From: Mesotaenium endlicherianum | Lineage: Eukaryota | Assembly (NCBI GenBank): GCA_009602735.1 | Contig: WELA01003606.1 | Location: 204,770-236,645, forward strand | DNA length: 31,876 nt | Direction of reading: 5' to 3' | Part shown: positions 1 through 12,400 of the stretch, piece by piece | Layout: the number at the start of each line of letters is the position of its first letter | Position numbering within the stretch: position 1 is the stretch's first letter | Notes under the pieces: model-generated | What the model was told of the DNA's origin: nothing | The model's input: the letters and a program-made list of their open reading frames with translations, nothing else | Databases searched by the model: none | Program-made: the position numbers and the translations under genes

Positions 1-358
1 CCCTGACCCCAGAGACGGGAAGGGCATAGGTGAGGCATAGGGACGTGGAAACACAAGTACCGTGCGCGCATGCCATGCTTCAGCACGTTGCTCCTCAGCC
101 ACCTGCCCGAGTGCGCGCGAGCGCGCCCATGTACGCACCTATTTCTGAGCAAAAGCACGTAGCAAGAGCAGCTTACATGCAACAACACAGACAAGCGCAA
201 CATTGCCAGCAAAAAGGAGCTCATTTCCCCCTCCATCTCAGAAACCTTCTCTGCCAGGGGAGGGGCTGGGGGGCCGGTGCTCACACCCTCCCTCATCCTG
301 GAAAGAGTATGGCAAGGTCGTGGTGCATAGCCAGCTGGCACAAGTGTGTGTCAGGTAC

Positions 359-455
359 CTTGAGGAGGTGCAGAAGAACGTCGTGGAGGGTGACGCCCTG
401 CGCCGATCGCCCGCTCGCTTCCATCAGCACTTCTGCGTGCTTCTCCAAAATAGCC
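359..455 (-). CDS. Exon 11 (RAILEKHAEVL...LHDVLLHLLK), the helix before the expected CxHP motif
   Basis: Phase-2 acceptor GTGCAG|G; matches the YKAILxxNxxxL...LxNxxMxLRK segment of CHD-type SNF2. Confidence 0.75.
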
Positions 456-3400
456 CTGCACCCACAAGAGTGAGAAGGTGGAGCGCCCCCCCCCCCCCCA
501 CAAGAGGTGGTGGGTAAGACATGATGCATCTGCAACATGGGCCCGCCAAAACGGAGGAGAGCGGTAGGGGGGGAGGGGAGGGGGTGGGGAGAGAAAGGAG
601 GGGGCCCAACAAGCTGCCGTGTTGAGCACAATGCAGCAGACGGCGGCGACGACAACGGCACAATGCACCACCAGCTCTTCCTTCGATTTGCTTGAAGCGG
701 GAGAGCACCTGACAGGTGGCATCAGTGAAAGCTGCTGACGTCGTTCACGGCTTTGTTCAGCACAAGAGAGAAAGAGTGAGCGCACCCGGCAGGTGCTTAT
801 GGTGAAGCTGAGTTCGCGCGTGAGACTGGCCTACAGGGCAAAGGGGGCTAAGGGGGCAAAGCTAGGGTTCAGGATATGGTGGGTGGGTACCTGTAGCAGG
901 CAGCTTGGTATGTCGTCAGATCGGCTCCAACCCACGCCTCCCAAAACGCCGGGATCTGGGTGGTGGTGGTGGGGACCACGTCCTTGAACGTCCGCCGCAG
1001 GTACACATCCCAGAGGGAGCCCCCGCCGCCAGCTAGCTCGGGAGTCTTGTCCCTCCTGCCCCCAAGGAGCCTGCTGCTGTGCCTGCTCCACGGCATTGCC
1101 GCCGGCGCTGGTGCTGGCGCTAATCCTGATGGAGAGGAGGACGAGCCAGCAAGAGGCAGGGGCTCAGGAACCCCTATGAAGAGTGCCAGGTCGCGTCGGG
1201 CAGCTTCCTCGTCCTGCAGGTCGAGCACACGCGCTTCCACGCCAAAGAGTGAGTGCGCAAATGGATCCCGACACTTAGACAGTCGTACGCCTGCACAAGC
1301 TGAATGGCTCAGAAAGGCCATCTTCTGCAGCCACCCAAAGGACCACGTGGGCTGCTGCTGCTGCGAGATACAACTCCCACCTATACCGGCAGGATGGCGG
1401 GACCTGCCTATTGCTTTCCTGGAGAAGGCAGTCTCTGGAATTTGACAACAGCCTAGCCTACCTATCTAGGTAAGGTGAGAACGTAGCAGCACCAGCACCC
1501 CTGACTGTTGCATGTACGTTGGGAAGGAAGCAAGCGCATGCACCACAGAACCAACGCACTGCAATTGGTCGGCGATATTTGCGCGGTTGCCAGGGCCATG
1601 GCCACACGCTCATCTCTTCCTCGTAGCCCAAAAATCTATGAGATTCTCAATTACGCACGAGTGTCATGTCAAGCATGCATTCATGCGTGCACAGGAGGCA
1701 GCTACGCCTGCTGCGTGGAAGTGGGAAGGGGGGGGGGAGGGGGAAAGCGGAAACTCACGGAGCAAGGGAAGGGAGTGAGGAAGAGGCGGAAGGGGGCCAG
1801 CAGCGCGCCAAATGTCGGCTCCACAAAGCCCTGCAGCGGCCGGGCGGCGCTCTCCTGCACCACCACGGCCTGCCACCTGTGCGACTGAAGTGCAGCCATG
1901 CCCTGATGAGCCATTTCACAGAGGAGAGAGAGAGACGAAGGCACGACACGCGTCCGGCGGCTGATTAGAGCGCGAGGGCAGCAGGAGGCCCGGCTCCCCA
2001 GCGCATTATACAAGCACCAAAGAGCTTCGCTTCCACAGAGCCCCGTAGAGCATGTGTGAGTGCGTGCCTGGCGTGCGCTCTCACACACACATACAGACGG
2101 GATGTGGACCACAAGGACACAAGCATACAGCTGCACGCACGCGTACGAGCGTGCTGCGTTGTATGGCCGATAGCCAAACCAGCAGCTGCGCACTTGCAAT
2201 CGCAGAACACACTCTCTAGCCGGCACACACACACACACAGCACACACTCCAGTGCAAATGTACACATACATGCAGGCCCACGTGCGTACCCACAGAGAGC
2301 CTGCCTGTCGCCTGCCTGCCTGCCGGCCCTAGTCCACGCCCGAACAGCCGTGAGTGCTCACCAGCAGCCACGGCTGGCTTTACCTCCCTCCACCCCCGCC
2401 ACCGGCAGGCAGCAGAGAAATCAACCAGCCATTCTGCCTGCAATGCCACAAACCGCAACTGCTACAGCCACTGCTTGCTACATGCACAGTCAGGAGTGCG
2501 AAAACTAGACGCATCTTGTGCACAACCTACTTTCCCCATTACCAACTGCAAATTAATTGGCTTTCCCCCTCGCCTTCCCCTGGACTTGCGGGGGGGCTAT
2601 GCAGCATACCCTGAGGGCTGCGCCATGCGCCGCAAGCACAACGCGACAGCTGGCAGCAGCAGCCGCAGCAGACGGGAGATCTTCGCGCACGGCGGTGGCC
2701 AGCGCCTCGTCGTCCGCGTCCTCGTCGAGCGACACCAGGCTGACACCTGGCGAGAGCTCCGCAAACTTGCGCTCCCAGCTGGCGAGCACGCCCTCGTTGG
2801 GCACCAGCAGCAGCACCGAGCGAGGGCCAGCCGCCGCCGCCCCAGCAGCAGCACCAGCAGCGGGCGTGGGCCTGGTGGGCCTGGCCCTTGCCGCAGGCGC
2901 CAGCGACGAGATGAAGCTGACGACCACAGCCTTGCTGCCCTGCACCCCCCCAGCACCCGCCCGGCCCCACAATGGGCACACGTGCGTGGATGGTCAAGGC
3001 ACAAGAGAAGCTGCCACTCTGCAGCCGCCACGGCCGCAGCAGCAGCAGCAGCAGCGCCGTTTCCGAACCCCCCAGCGTCCAGTACCACCCAGCCCCCGCA
3101 AGAGGCGCATGGGCATGAACCCCCTCATTGTGGCAGAGGGGAAGGGGGCTTCACAGACAGCGATGTGAGCGCCGGAAACGCCGCCAGCTCAAGCAGTTGC
3201 CGTGCAAAAATGCGTGATTCTCTATCCTAACGCAACTCCTCTCATCTCCCTCGGGAGCATGACATAACTATGAACACGCTGCCACACTCCCGGATTCTTT
3301 CTTCTGCGACCGAGCGGGAAAAAGCATCATCCATGCTGCCACAAGAGAGACATGGCGCGTAGAGAGGAGAGCAGGAAAGGCACCACCAGCAGGGCAGGAA

Positions 3401-6400
3401 GGAGGAGGGGGGGAGGGGTGTGACTTCTGATGCATGGCATGTATAAGGCCGTTCCTCAACTCCTGGCTCGGGCGAGGACAGCTGAGGCATATCTTCCAAG
3501 AGTGGGTGAGAGGAGGCGCACTCACGAGGCCTGCTGCGTCGGCAAAGACAGCCCCCCTCCTGTGCTCTCGCAGGCAGCGCAGCAGCCACTCCCGCGCCGC
3601 CACCTGGTGCTCCCTCAGCCCATGGGGATGCTCTTCTGACGACGGCGAGCCCTGCATGCATCCAGCAGAGGAAGAAGCGGAAGCGGAGAGACGGAGAGAA
3701 ATCTCATGACTGTCAGCTTCACTGACCCATCTTTCTGACAGAGAAAATATATCTATCTTCCTCTAGCTCCCCGATTGCGTGTGAGTGTGTGTGTGGGTGT
3801 GTCAGCGTGTGTGCTTAGGCATGCTACAGAGAGCGCACACCGACCGGCGGGCCAGACTGGCTGGCCGCCGCCTGCAGAGAGGGCGCTTCTCTCCCTGCAG
3901 CCCTCCCACCCACCCCCCTCTGCCACAGACGGGCCCCACTCCATACTGCTGGATGATGCTACCTCAGGCAGAGAAGTGGTGAGGGTGCAGGGCCCCACCC
4001 CACCCCACCCCAGGAACCTGGGAGGAGGCAAAGGAGGATCTGCAGAGAAGGTCGATGCGTTGGGGGCACCAGCTGGTCAGGCTCCAGCCTCATTCAAAGG
4101 GGTGCGATCTCCCCGTCAGAGCCTCGCCGCTCTCCCCCACCTTCTCACAGGGCTGCCTGGCATCGATCAGGTGTGCGTGAGTCGCAAGTCTTATGTTTGT
4201 CCACACACTCTGTGCGCACCTTTGCAACGCAGCCGCGCACATACAAAGCAGCCGAGGGCGTCCGCGTGCATATGTGCGTAAGTGCATGCGTGCACGCGTG
4301 CATGTGCCCACATCATGCCGCAGACGCGCACGAGGAACAAAACGGAGCAGAGGAAAGCCGAAAAGCATCACACGAACCTCTCCCTCCCTCATCCCTCCCT
4401 CTCACCTCCAGAAGCGCGTGATGGAGGGCCCTGCTGCTGCTGCTGCCGCTGAGCCTGCCGCCTGCTGCGTCGTCCAGAGCCTGGCAGTGGGCGGCAGCCA
4501 GGGCCCGCCGGCCCTCGGGAGTGGCAAAGACGCCTGAGTCCTTGGGCTCCCACGTGCACTTGCGCCTGCCCAGCCGCTTCCATTTCACAAGCCTGCGTGG
4601 CGCTCGCATACAGCCATGACAACGCCTCACCCCAACACATGCACGCATGATACACCCCCCCCCCCTCTCCCCCCCAACCATACAGAGACACTGAGTAACG
4701 GCCTTCCTGAGAAGGGAAGAGATAGCAGGAGGCAAGGGCCACCGAGGGGAGACAGGCCGCAAGAGCATGCAACACATTAAGACACACGCCAAAGACACAC
4801 ACTCTCTCCGCCTCCCCTTCCCTTCTCTCCCTCCCACCCCCCCTCCTCCCTCCCTCCCTCCCTCGCTCCCTCCCTCACTCACTCACACACATACACGCTT
4901 ACACATAAGGCAAGGAAATGACCACACACGTACACAGCACATACATGCTCACATGACAGGCGCACAGACACACACGCACAGACAGGTACAGTGGCAGACA
5001 ACCACTCACAGCTCTTCGCCACATCTCCAGGCCCGTCCTCGGCCGCTTACGCCCATGTTGGGCGGCATTGTCTTGCGCTGCTCCAAGATGCGCTCTGGCT
5101 GCGCCCACTCCTGTCTGAACAAGGGGGCCTGTACACACACACCCACCCACACACATACACATACACACACACACACACGGAGGAAACACTCCCGCCGACA
5201 CACACACACGCACGCGCACAAGCGTGCAGATGAAAAAATACCAACAAACAGGCAAGCACGAACGCACGAGTATGAACACATGTACAGATGCACAAACACG
5301 TACAGCTCAGCACACAGGACACATGTCGGGCCCCCACTCGAGTCAAGGTCTCAAGAAACGCCGCCAGCACCTACGTGGATTCCAACCACCCGCACAGGTT
5401 GCCGCTGCTAAGAAGTAAACATTGACGACTGCTCTTGAGCACTTAAGAGATTCTTTGCAATGAATCATGATCGGCACAAAGTGAAGGTGCTCAGCACCCA
5501 ACTTCTGACAACTCCAAGTCTTGCTATTTGTTTTACGATTGGGCAGTTCCGGTGGCACTCGTCATGGAGTATCTGAATGAGGTGTGATGGCACGAGACAC
5601 AGAGACGATGAAATAATTCTGAAGCAACAAGCAGCTATAACTAATACTCTTCCTTCCCACAACCAGCAAGTCGGTCCAAGCTATACCCCACGCATGTCAG
5701 CACTTCAGTTGACATCTCAAGGGATAGCTGGAGAACCTTCGTCCCTTCCCGCACTGCTGTTAGAAGAGATACTAGCAGGAAACCAACCCAAAACAGTAGG
5801 ATGCTTTTGTAGCAGCAAACCAACACAAACAGACACACACACACACACATACACACGACTCAGTTCCTCCTCGTCCTCCTACTCCTCCTATGACAGCTAA
5901 CCAACTGGCGGTAGAAGCAGCAGGAGTAGGAGGTATACCTTCCCCAGATCCACCCTCTCCAAGTAGCGCGCCAGCCGGCGGGGGCAGCGCGCTCGCAGAA
6001 AGGTCTCGTCTACCCACGCGTTGTGCACGTGGGAGAGTCCCCTCCACTTCACATAATACTCCCACTCGCCTCCGCTCCCCCATTCTGCCTCATCATCATC
6101 ATCCTCGTCGTGGTCATCATTGTCTCGCCCCGGGGCCGCAGCAGCAGCCCTCTTGCCAGCTGGGCTACTTCTGGCGCTGGCGCTCGCGTCCACAGGCGAG
6201 CTCCTGCCGCCACCTGGCAGGGCCAGCTCTCGTCCCACGACGCCGCCTCCTGTCAACGGCCCCTCCTTGGTTCCCGCGGCTCCTATGTGGCCGATCCATC
6301 CCCGCCCCCCAATGGAGTCGCTTGCCCTAACCCCCCCTGCAGCTCCTGCTCGCGCTCCTGCAGGCTCTTCCTTCTCCTCCCCCTCCTTCCCCTCGTCGTC

Positions 6401-9400
6401 ATCGTCGTCCTCATCATCAAACTCCACAGTCACAACCTCCGGCAGGGAGTCCTCCTCCTCCTCCTCCTCCTCCTCCTTCTCCTCCTCCTCCTCTCCCTCT
6501 GCCTCGTCAATGTCCATGGGGTCGTGTGCGTCGCCACCTCGTGCTTCTGTACTCCCGCCTCGGCACTGCGAGGTATCCCCGCCACCTGGCACGGCATCTG
6601 CCGTCGGAACCTTGCGAGCCTCTACTCTACTACCACCTGTCGCCGTGCCGTCTACCCTGCCACCAGGCCCCAGAGGAGGTGGAAGAACTGCTCCCCCCCC
6701 CACGCGCCGTCTGTTCCAGATGGATTCCACGATGTTACTCACTGAGTTGGGGCCCTCCAGGATGCGCTTGTGGCGACACTTGTCGCAGAACCAGGAGCCC
6801 TCTGGAGCCTTGAGCAGCGGGGGCACCAGACAGTAGAGGTGGTACGTGCCGTGGCACCCCTGCCCGTCGCAGACGCTGCTCCCCCCTCCCCCCCCCCAGC
6901 CCACCATCGCGATACCACGTCATAACCCCAACCACCAGTAGCAGCAAGCAGCAAGCGGCAGGAGCATGAGCAGCAGCAGCAGAGGAGGAGAGGAGCAAGA
7001 GCAGGAGGAGCAGAAGGGGAGTAGGAGCAGGAGCAAAAGGGAGAAGTTTTGAAGGGGGTCTGTTTGGGGACCTCATGGTTGTGGAGGAGGCACGCATTTT
7101 GTGCCATGTGGCAACGGCAAGGGGTGCATTGGCTTTAGCCACAAAGGAAGGTCAAATCACGCTCACACACGCCAATCGTGCAGGGATGGCAGACCAACCA
7201 CAGCAGACATGCAAATGAACAAAGAGTCTCCTCTCCCTCGTGCCCCCAGCAGATGGGTCACCCCACCTACACTCACGCGCTCATATGACGGGCTGGCAGC
7301 ATCCATCATTGACATCATGGCAAGGTGGAGGAAGGAAGGAGGAGAAGGAGGTGGACAGGAACGAGGAGCAGCAGGAAGGGGAGGAGAGGGAGAGGAGGAG
7401 TGAGAGAGTAGGAGGATGAGGAGGACAAGGGAGGAGGAAGACGAGAAAGAGGAGGAGGAGGAGGAGAAAGGGAGGAAGACAAGGAAAAGGAGGAGGAGGA
7501 CAAGGGAGGAGGAAGACAAGCAAAAGGAGGAGGAGGACAAGGGAGGAGTGAGGCGGCAGCGCTCACATGAGGTCGCCGCCCTCCATGCACGTCAGGCAGT
7601 CGTCGCGCTCGTTCTCCGCGCCCTCCCTGTCCTGATCCTCCCAGTCCACCACCGAGTGCCTCCTCCTCCGCCTCCTCCTCCTGCTGCTGCTACTCCTGCC
7701 GCCGCCACCTCCACCGCCGCCCGTGTGCCGCCCAGCCACATGCGGCCGCAGTGCCTTCTCGCCCTCAATTTCATCCTCCTCCTCCTCGTCCTTGTCATCC
7801 TCCTCGTCGTCCTCGTCATCATCCCCGCCCTCTGTTTCGCTCTCGTCCTCCCAATCCCCGGGCAAGATGTCCAGCAATTGTGGGACCCCTCCCAACTCGG
7901 AATCAGAGCCAGACTCCAACTCGCAAGCGGTGGCAGCGGCGGCTGTCGCAGGAGTGCCTGTGGCAGCACAAGTGGGAGTGGCGGCAGCGGCAGCAGGGGC
8001 AGCACCCTCGCCATCAGAGGAGAGCTCAACGAGCAGCGCCCTACAGCTGAGCTCATGCGCGGTGCCCCCCGACTGACTCCTGACACTGCCGTTGGCTCTT
8101 CTCCTCTTGGCCCCTCCACTGAGAGGAGGAGACGAGCTCTTGGCCCGGTCCCCAGCCGGCAGTGCTTGCCTGTCGCTGTCCTGCTCCCCCTCCTCATCAT
8201 CATCGTCATCGTCACGCGGGGGCGGAGAGCGAAGCGGCAGCGGCTGGGCCCGGGTCTGGGGCTGAGATGAGTGCTCAAGGATCTCCCTCATCTTCCTCTT
8301 CTTCTCCCTGCTCTTGTTCACCACATCAGTGGGGATGATAACTCCACCGCTCGTGCCCTTGCCCTTCACGGGTGCCTCCCTCTCTCCCCCCTTGTGCTCT
8401 CCCCCTTGGTGCCCGTTCTCACTGGCGTGGCCGTTGCCTTCTGCTCGACCCCCACCCGCTGCCCAAGAGCCTGGCAGCATGCTGGAAGGGCTACCAGAGA
8501 GCACCACTCTCTTTCTCAGAGTGCTCTTCTTCAGCGGAGACGAGCGAGGAGGAGCAGGAGGAGTAGAACGAGCAACAGCAGCAGCAGCAGCAGTAGCAGC
8601 AGGAGGAGAGGGAGCAGGAGGAGGGACCTCCAGTGGCACTCCCCTGTCCCCACCCCCACCCCCGCCTTCACTACCACCCCTACCCCCACCAGCACCGCCG
8701 CCACTTGTCGGCACAGGCAGCCCATACGGCACAGCACCCGGAGAGCCGTTGCCAGCTGGTGCTGTCCCATTTCCCAGCTTTGAAGTGCCATTCCTGCAGT
8801 CGACCAGCCTGCCACCTGGCCTCTTCTTGGAGACCTCTACAGTGTTCTCCTTCCCGACTGCACGTCCTCCTTGACCTGTTGCTCTGGCGCCCGCCGGCAG
8901 GCTGCCTGCTGCTATGGCTGCTGCTTGTGCTGCAACTGATGGTGGTCGGCCTACTGGGGGGGGCAGGGGTGGGCCCCCCTTGCGCTGCTGCTTCTCCTTC
9001 ACCTTCGCGCTCTCCCTCTGCTCCTTCTCCTGCTCCTTCCTCCTCCCTTCCTCCTCCTCCCTCTCCCTCTCCTTTCTCTTCCTTTCCACTTCCATCTCTT
9101 GCTCCCTGCTCCTCACCCTCTCCCTCTCCTCCCTCTCCTTCTCCTCCCTCACCCTCTTCTTCTCCCTCTCCCCTCTCTCCTCCCTTTCCCGCTCCTCCTC
9201 CCTCTCCCTCTCCACATCCCTCTGCCTCTCCACCTCCCTCCTCTCCTTCTCCCTCGCCCTCGGCGTCTCAGCTTCAACCTTCTCCCCCCTCCCCTGAGTC
9301 TTCCCATTGGCACTCCCCATGCCCTGGAGCTTGAGCATGGCCAGGCGAGCCTTGTGCTTCGCCCTGGCATGCTTCAGCGCCTCCGGAAACACCCTGTTGC

Positions 9401-12400
9401 CTGTCTGCTGCCCCTCAAAGATGGCCAGCATTTCTTCAAATTTCATCAAGCACCTGCACGTCCGCACACGCAGTTCACCCGCTCAGCCAGGGGGCTCCAC
9501 CAAGTGCCATCAGAAGCAGGGGGCAAGATTACTCCGCTTCCCACCACGGGGGGAGCCAACGCAACTGGGAAAAAAAGGCACGATGAGGGGGAATGAGGCA
9601 CGATGAGGGGGAATGAGGTGAAATGCAGAATGGTAAAGCAGACTAAGGAGAAATCGAGGGAGGGAGGGAGGCAGGGACGAGGGGCGGAGGGAGAGAGCGG
9701 GAGAGGGAGGGAAATAGAGTGAGTTACCCTTCGCGCAGCCACATGTCCTTCCAGGCCTTGCCTTTGGCACCAAAGAGGGCCACAGGGAGCTCACGCACGC
9801 TCCCCCGCTTTCGTCGGAAGTCGTTGGGCAGAATCGACTCCTCCAAAACCTCCCCTGGCCACCACAGGACCTCGCCACTCCCCTGCTCGTGCTGGAAGAG
9901 CCAGGGCACAACAACAAATCAAGGTGGGGGAATCAGAAGATGAAGCCCATAGCATCAGAAGGCCCTTCTCATCCCCATCTATGAGACAGCATGTGTGTGG
10001 CACCCACGCGGGGGACTGCAACGAGCAAGGAGGTGGGAGGGGGAGGGGGGACCCACCTTGGCCCACACAAGGTCCCCAGCCTTGGGTTTAGGCGGCACTT
10101 CGGCACCACCTGTACCCTCCTCTTGCTCCCCCAGCAGAGTCTCCAGCGCCGCTGCCGGTGCCGGTGCCTGAGCCAGCGCCATTCCTGACCCCAAACCTGC
10201 CACGCTCGCAACCGCTTGTTGCCCTGTGCCTGTGCCTGCGCCTGTGCCTGTGCTTGTGCCTGCCCTTGCGCAAGCACCTGTGCTTGTGCCTGTGCTGGAG
10301 CCTCCTGCTCCTCTGCCTGTGCCTGCACCTGTGCCTGCACCTGTGCCTGCCTGTGCCTCAACTCTCGAAGCATGCGGTGGAAGGGAGCTGCTGGCTCGGG
10401 GCCGCGGTGACGGATCATCCTCAACAATTCCTCCAGCCTCTAAGGTGGAGGGGCTCCATCTCGGCTTCCTCCTGCTACTCCCCAGGGCACCAGAAGGAGA
10501 AGGGTGGGCGTGAACATCGTCAGAGTTGGCAGCAGCACCATGGGCCCCGCCGGCACCTGCACCTGCCGCTTCACCAGCATGTGACGTCAGGAGGAGGCCT
10601 GCAGCTGCTGAGCCTTGCTTGCTACCTGCAGCGTTTGCGAAGGCCCCAGCCTTAGCCCCAGGCCCAGGCCCAGGCCCAGCCCTAACCTCAGCCCCAGACC
10701 CTACCCTGGGGACTCCTGAAGGCCTGCCAGCCTCATCAGCCCTGAGGGGAAGGCTCATAGAAGCCTTAGGAGGAGGAAGGAGAGGGGGAGGAGGGGGAAG
10801 AGCAGCGCTGCTGTGCTGTCTCGTGGTCCCATCGGGGGCGGAGGAGGGGGAAGAAGCTGACCCTGCACCCATCTCTGCTCCTGCTCCTGCTCCCCAGTCA
10901 GAGCCCCTCGGGCCCGCCTCCCTGGGACTTTGAGGCACTCTGAGAAGCGGAGGGGCCAGCGCAGCTCCCGCGTCCCTTGGGCTTTGGGACGCTCTGGCGA
11001 AGGTGCCAGCTGGCGCAGCTCCCCCCTCTCTGGGGCTCTGGGATGCTCTTGGGGAGAGAGGGCGAGCTGGCGCCTCACCCTTCTCTCCTCGAGCTCTCCA
11101 AGCTCCCCTGCCAAACCCTCCCTGTCCCCCTTCCCGGGGGCTGTCACGCGCCCTGGGGGACGGATCCCGTGGACTAAAACCGTGAAGAGGAGGTGGGGGA
11201 GGAGGAGGAGGAGGAGGAGGAGGAGGAGGAGGAGGAGNNNNNNNNNNNNNNNNNNNNNNNNNNNNNNNNNNNNNNNNNNNNNNNNNNNNNNNNNNNNNNN
11301 NNNNNNNNNNNNNNNNNNNNNNNNNNNNNNNNNNNNNNNNNNNNNNNNNNNNNNNNNNNNNNNNNNNNNNNNNNNNNNNNNNNNNNNNNNNNNNNNNNNN
11401 NNNNNNNNNNNNNNNNNNNNNNNNNNNNNNNNNNNNNNNNNNNNNNNNNNNNNNNNNNNNNNNNNNNNNNNNNNNNNNNNNNNNNNNNNNNNNNNNNNNN
11501 NNNNNNNNNNNNNNNNNNNNNNNNNNNNNNNNNNNNNNNNNNNNNNNNNNNNNNNNNNNNNNNNNNNNNNNNNNNNNNNNNNNNNNNNNNNNNNNNNNNN
11601 NNNNNNNNNNNNNNNNNNNNNNNNNNNNNNNNNNNNNNNNNNNNNNNNNNNNNNNNNNNNNNNNNNNNNNNNNNNNNNNNNNNNNNNNNNNNNNNNNNNN
11701 NNNNNNNNNNNNNNNNNNNNNNNNNNNNNNNNNNNNNNNNNNNNNNNNNNNNNNNNNNNNNNNNNNNNNNNNNNNNNNNNNNNNNNNNNNNNNNNNNNNN
11801 NNNNNNNNNNNNNNNNNNNNNNNNNNNNNNNNNNNNNNNNNNNNNNNNNNNNNNNNNNNNNNNNNNNNNNNNNNNNNNNNNNNNNNNNNNCCCCCCCCCC
11901 TCTCCCCCCCAACCATACAGAGACACTGAGTAACGGCCTTCCTGAGAAGGGAAGAGATAGCAGGAGGCAAGGGCCACCGAGGGGAGACAGGCCGCAAGAG
12001 CATGCAACACATTAAGACACACGCCAAAGACACACACTCTCTCCGCCTCCCCTTCCCTTCTCTCCCTCCCACCCCCCCTCCTCCCTCCCTCCCTCCCTCG
12101 CTCCCTCCCTCACTCACTCACACACATACACGCTTACACATAAGGCAAGGAAATGACCACACACGTACACAGCACATACATGCTCACATGACAGGCGCAC
12201 AGACACACACGCACAGACAGGTACAGTGGCAGACAACCACTCACAGCTCTTCGCCACATCTCCAGGCCCGTCCTCGGCCGCTTACGCCCATGTTGGGCGG
12301 CATTGTCTTGCGCTGCTCCAAGATGCGCTCTGGCTGCGCCCACTCCTGTCTGAACAAGGGGGCCTGTACACACACACCCACCCACACACATACACATACA

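Larger units (their letters stand above)
4656..11237 (+). repeat. 6.58 kb direct duplication, copy A
   Basis: Every ORF recurs with an identical translation at +7235; the block starts in poly-C and ends in (GAG)n at the gap. Confidence 0.95.

Noticed and set aside
1..358. Next exon of the chromatin gene (expected CxHP motif)
   Set aside because: Candidate acceptors near 298 and 103 give no convincing motif, so it is left unassigned.
5051..5056. Donor GGC|GTAAGC as the end of exon 5
   Set aside because: Phase 0 does not fit exon 6; the donor at 5009 gives the chromodomain sequence GEELLVKW.
4767..5411. His/Thr-rich 214-aa plus-strand ORF and CVCV-rich minus-strand ORFs
   Set aside because: Translations of (CA)n intronic microsatellites.
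9979..12117. Long ORFs spanning the N gap (712, 385, 361, 287 and 246 aa)
   Set aside because: Artefacts of translating through Ns; they join intron sequence to exon 1.
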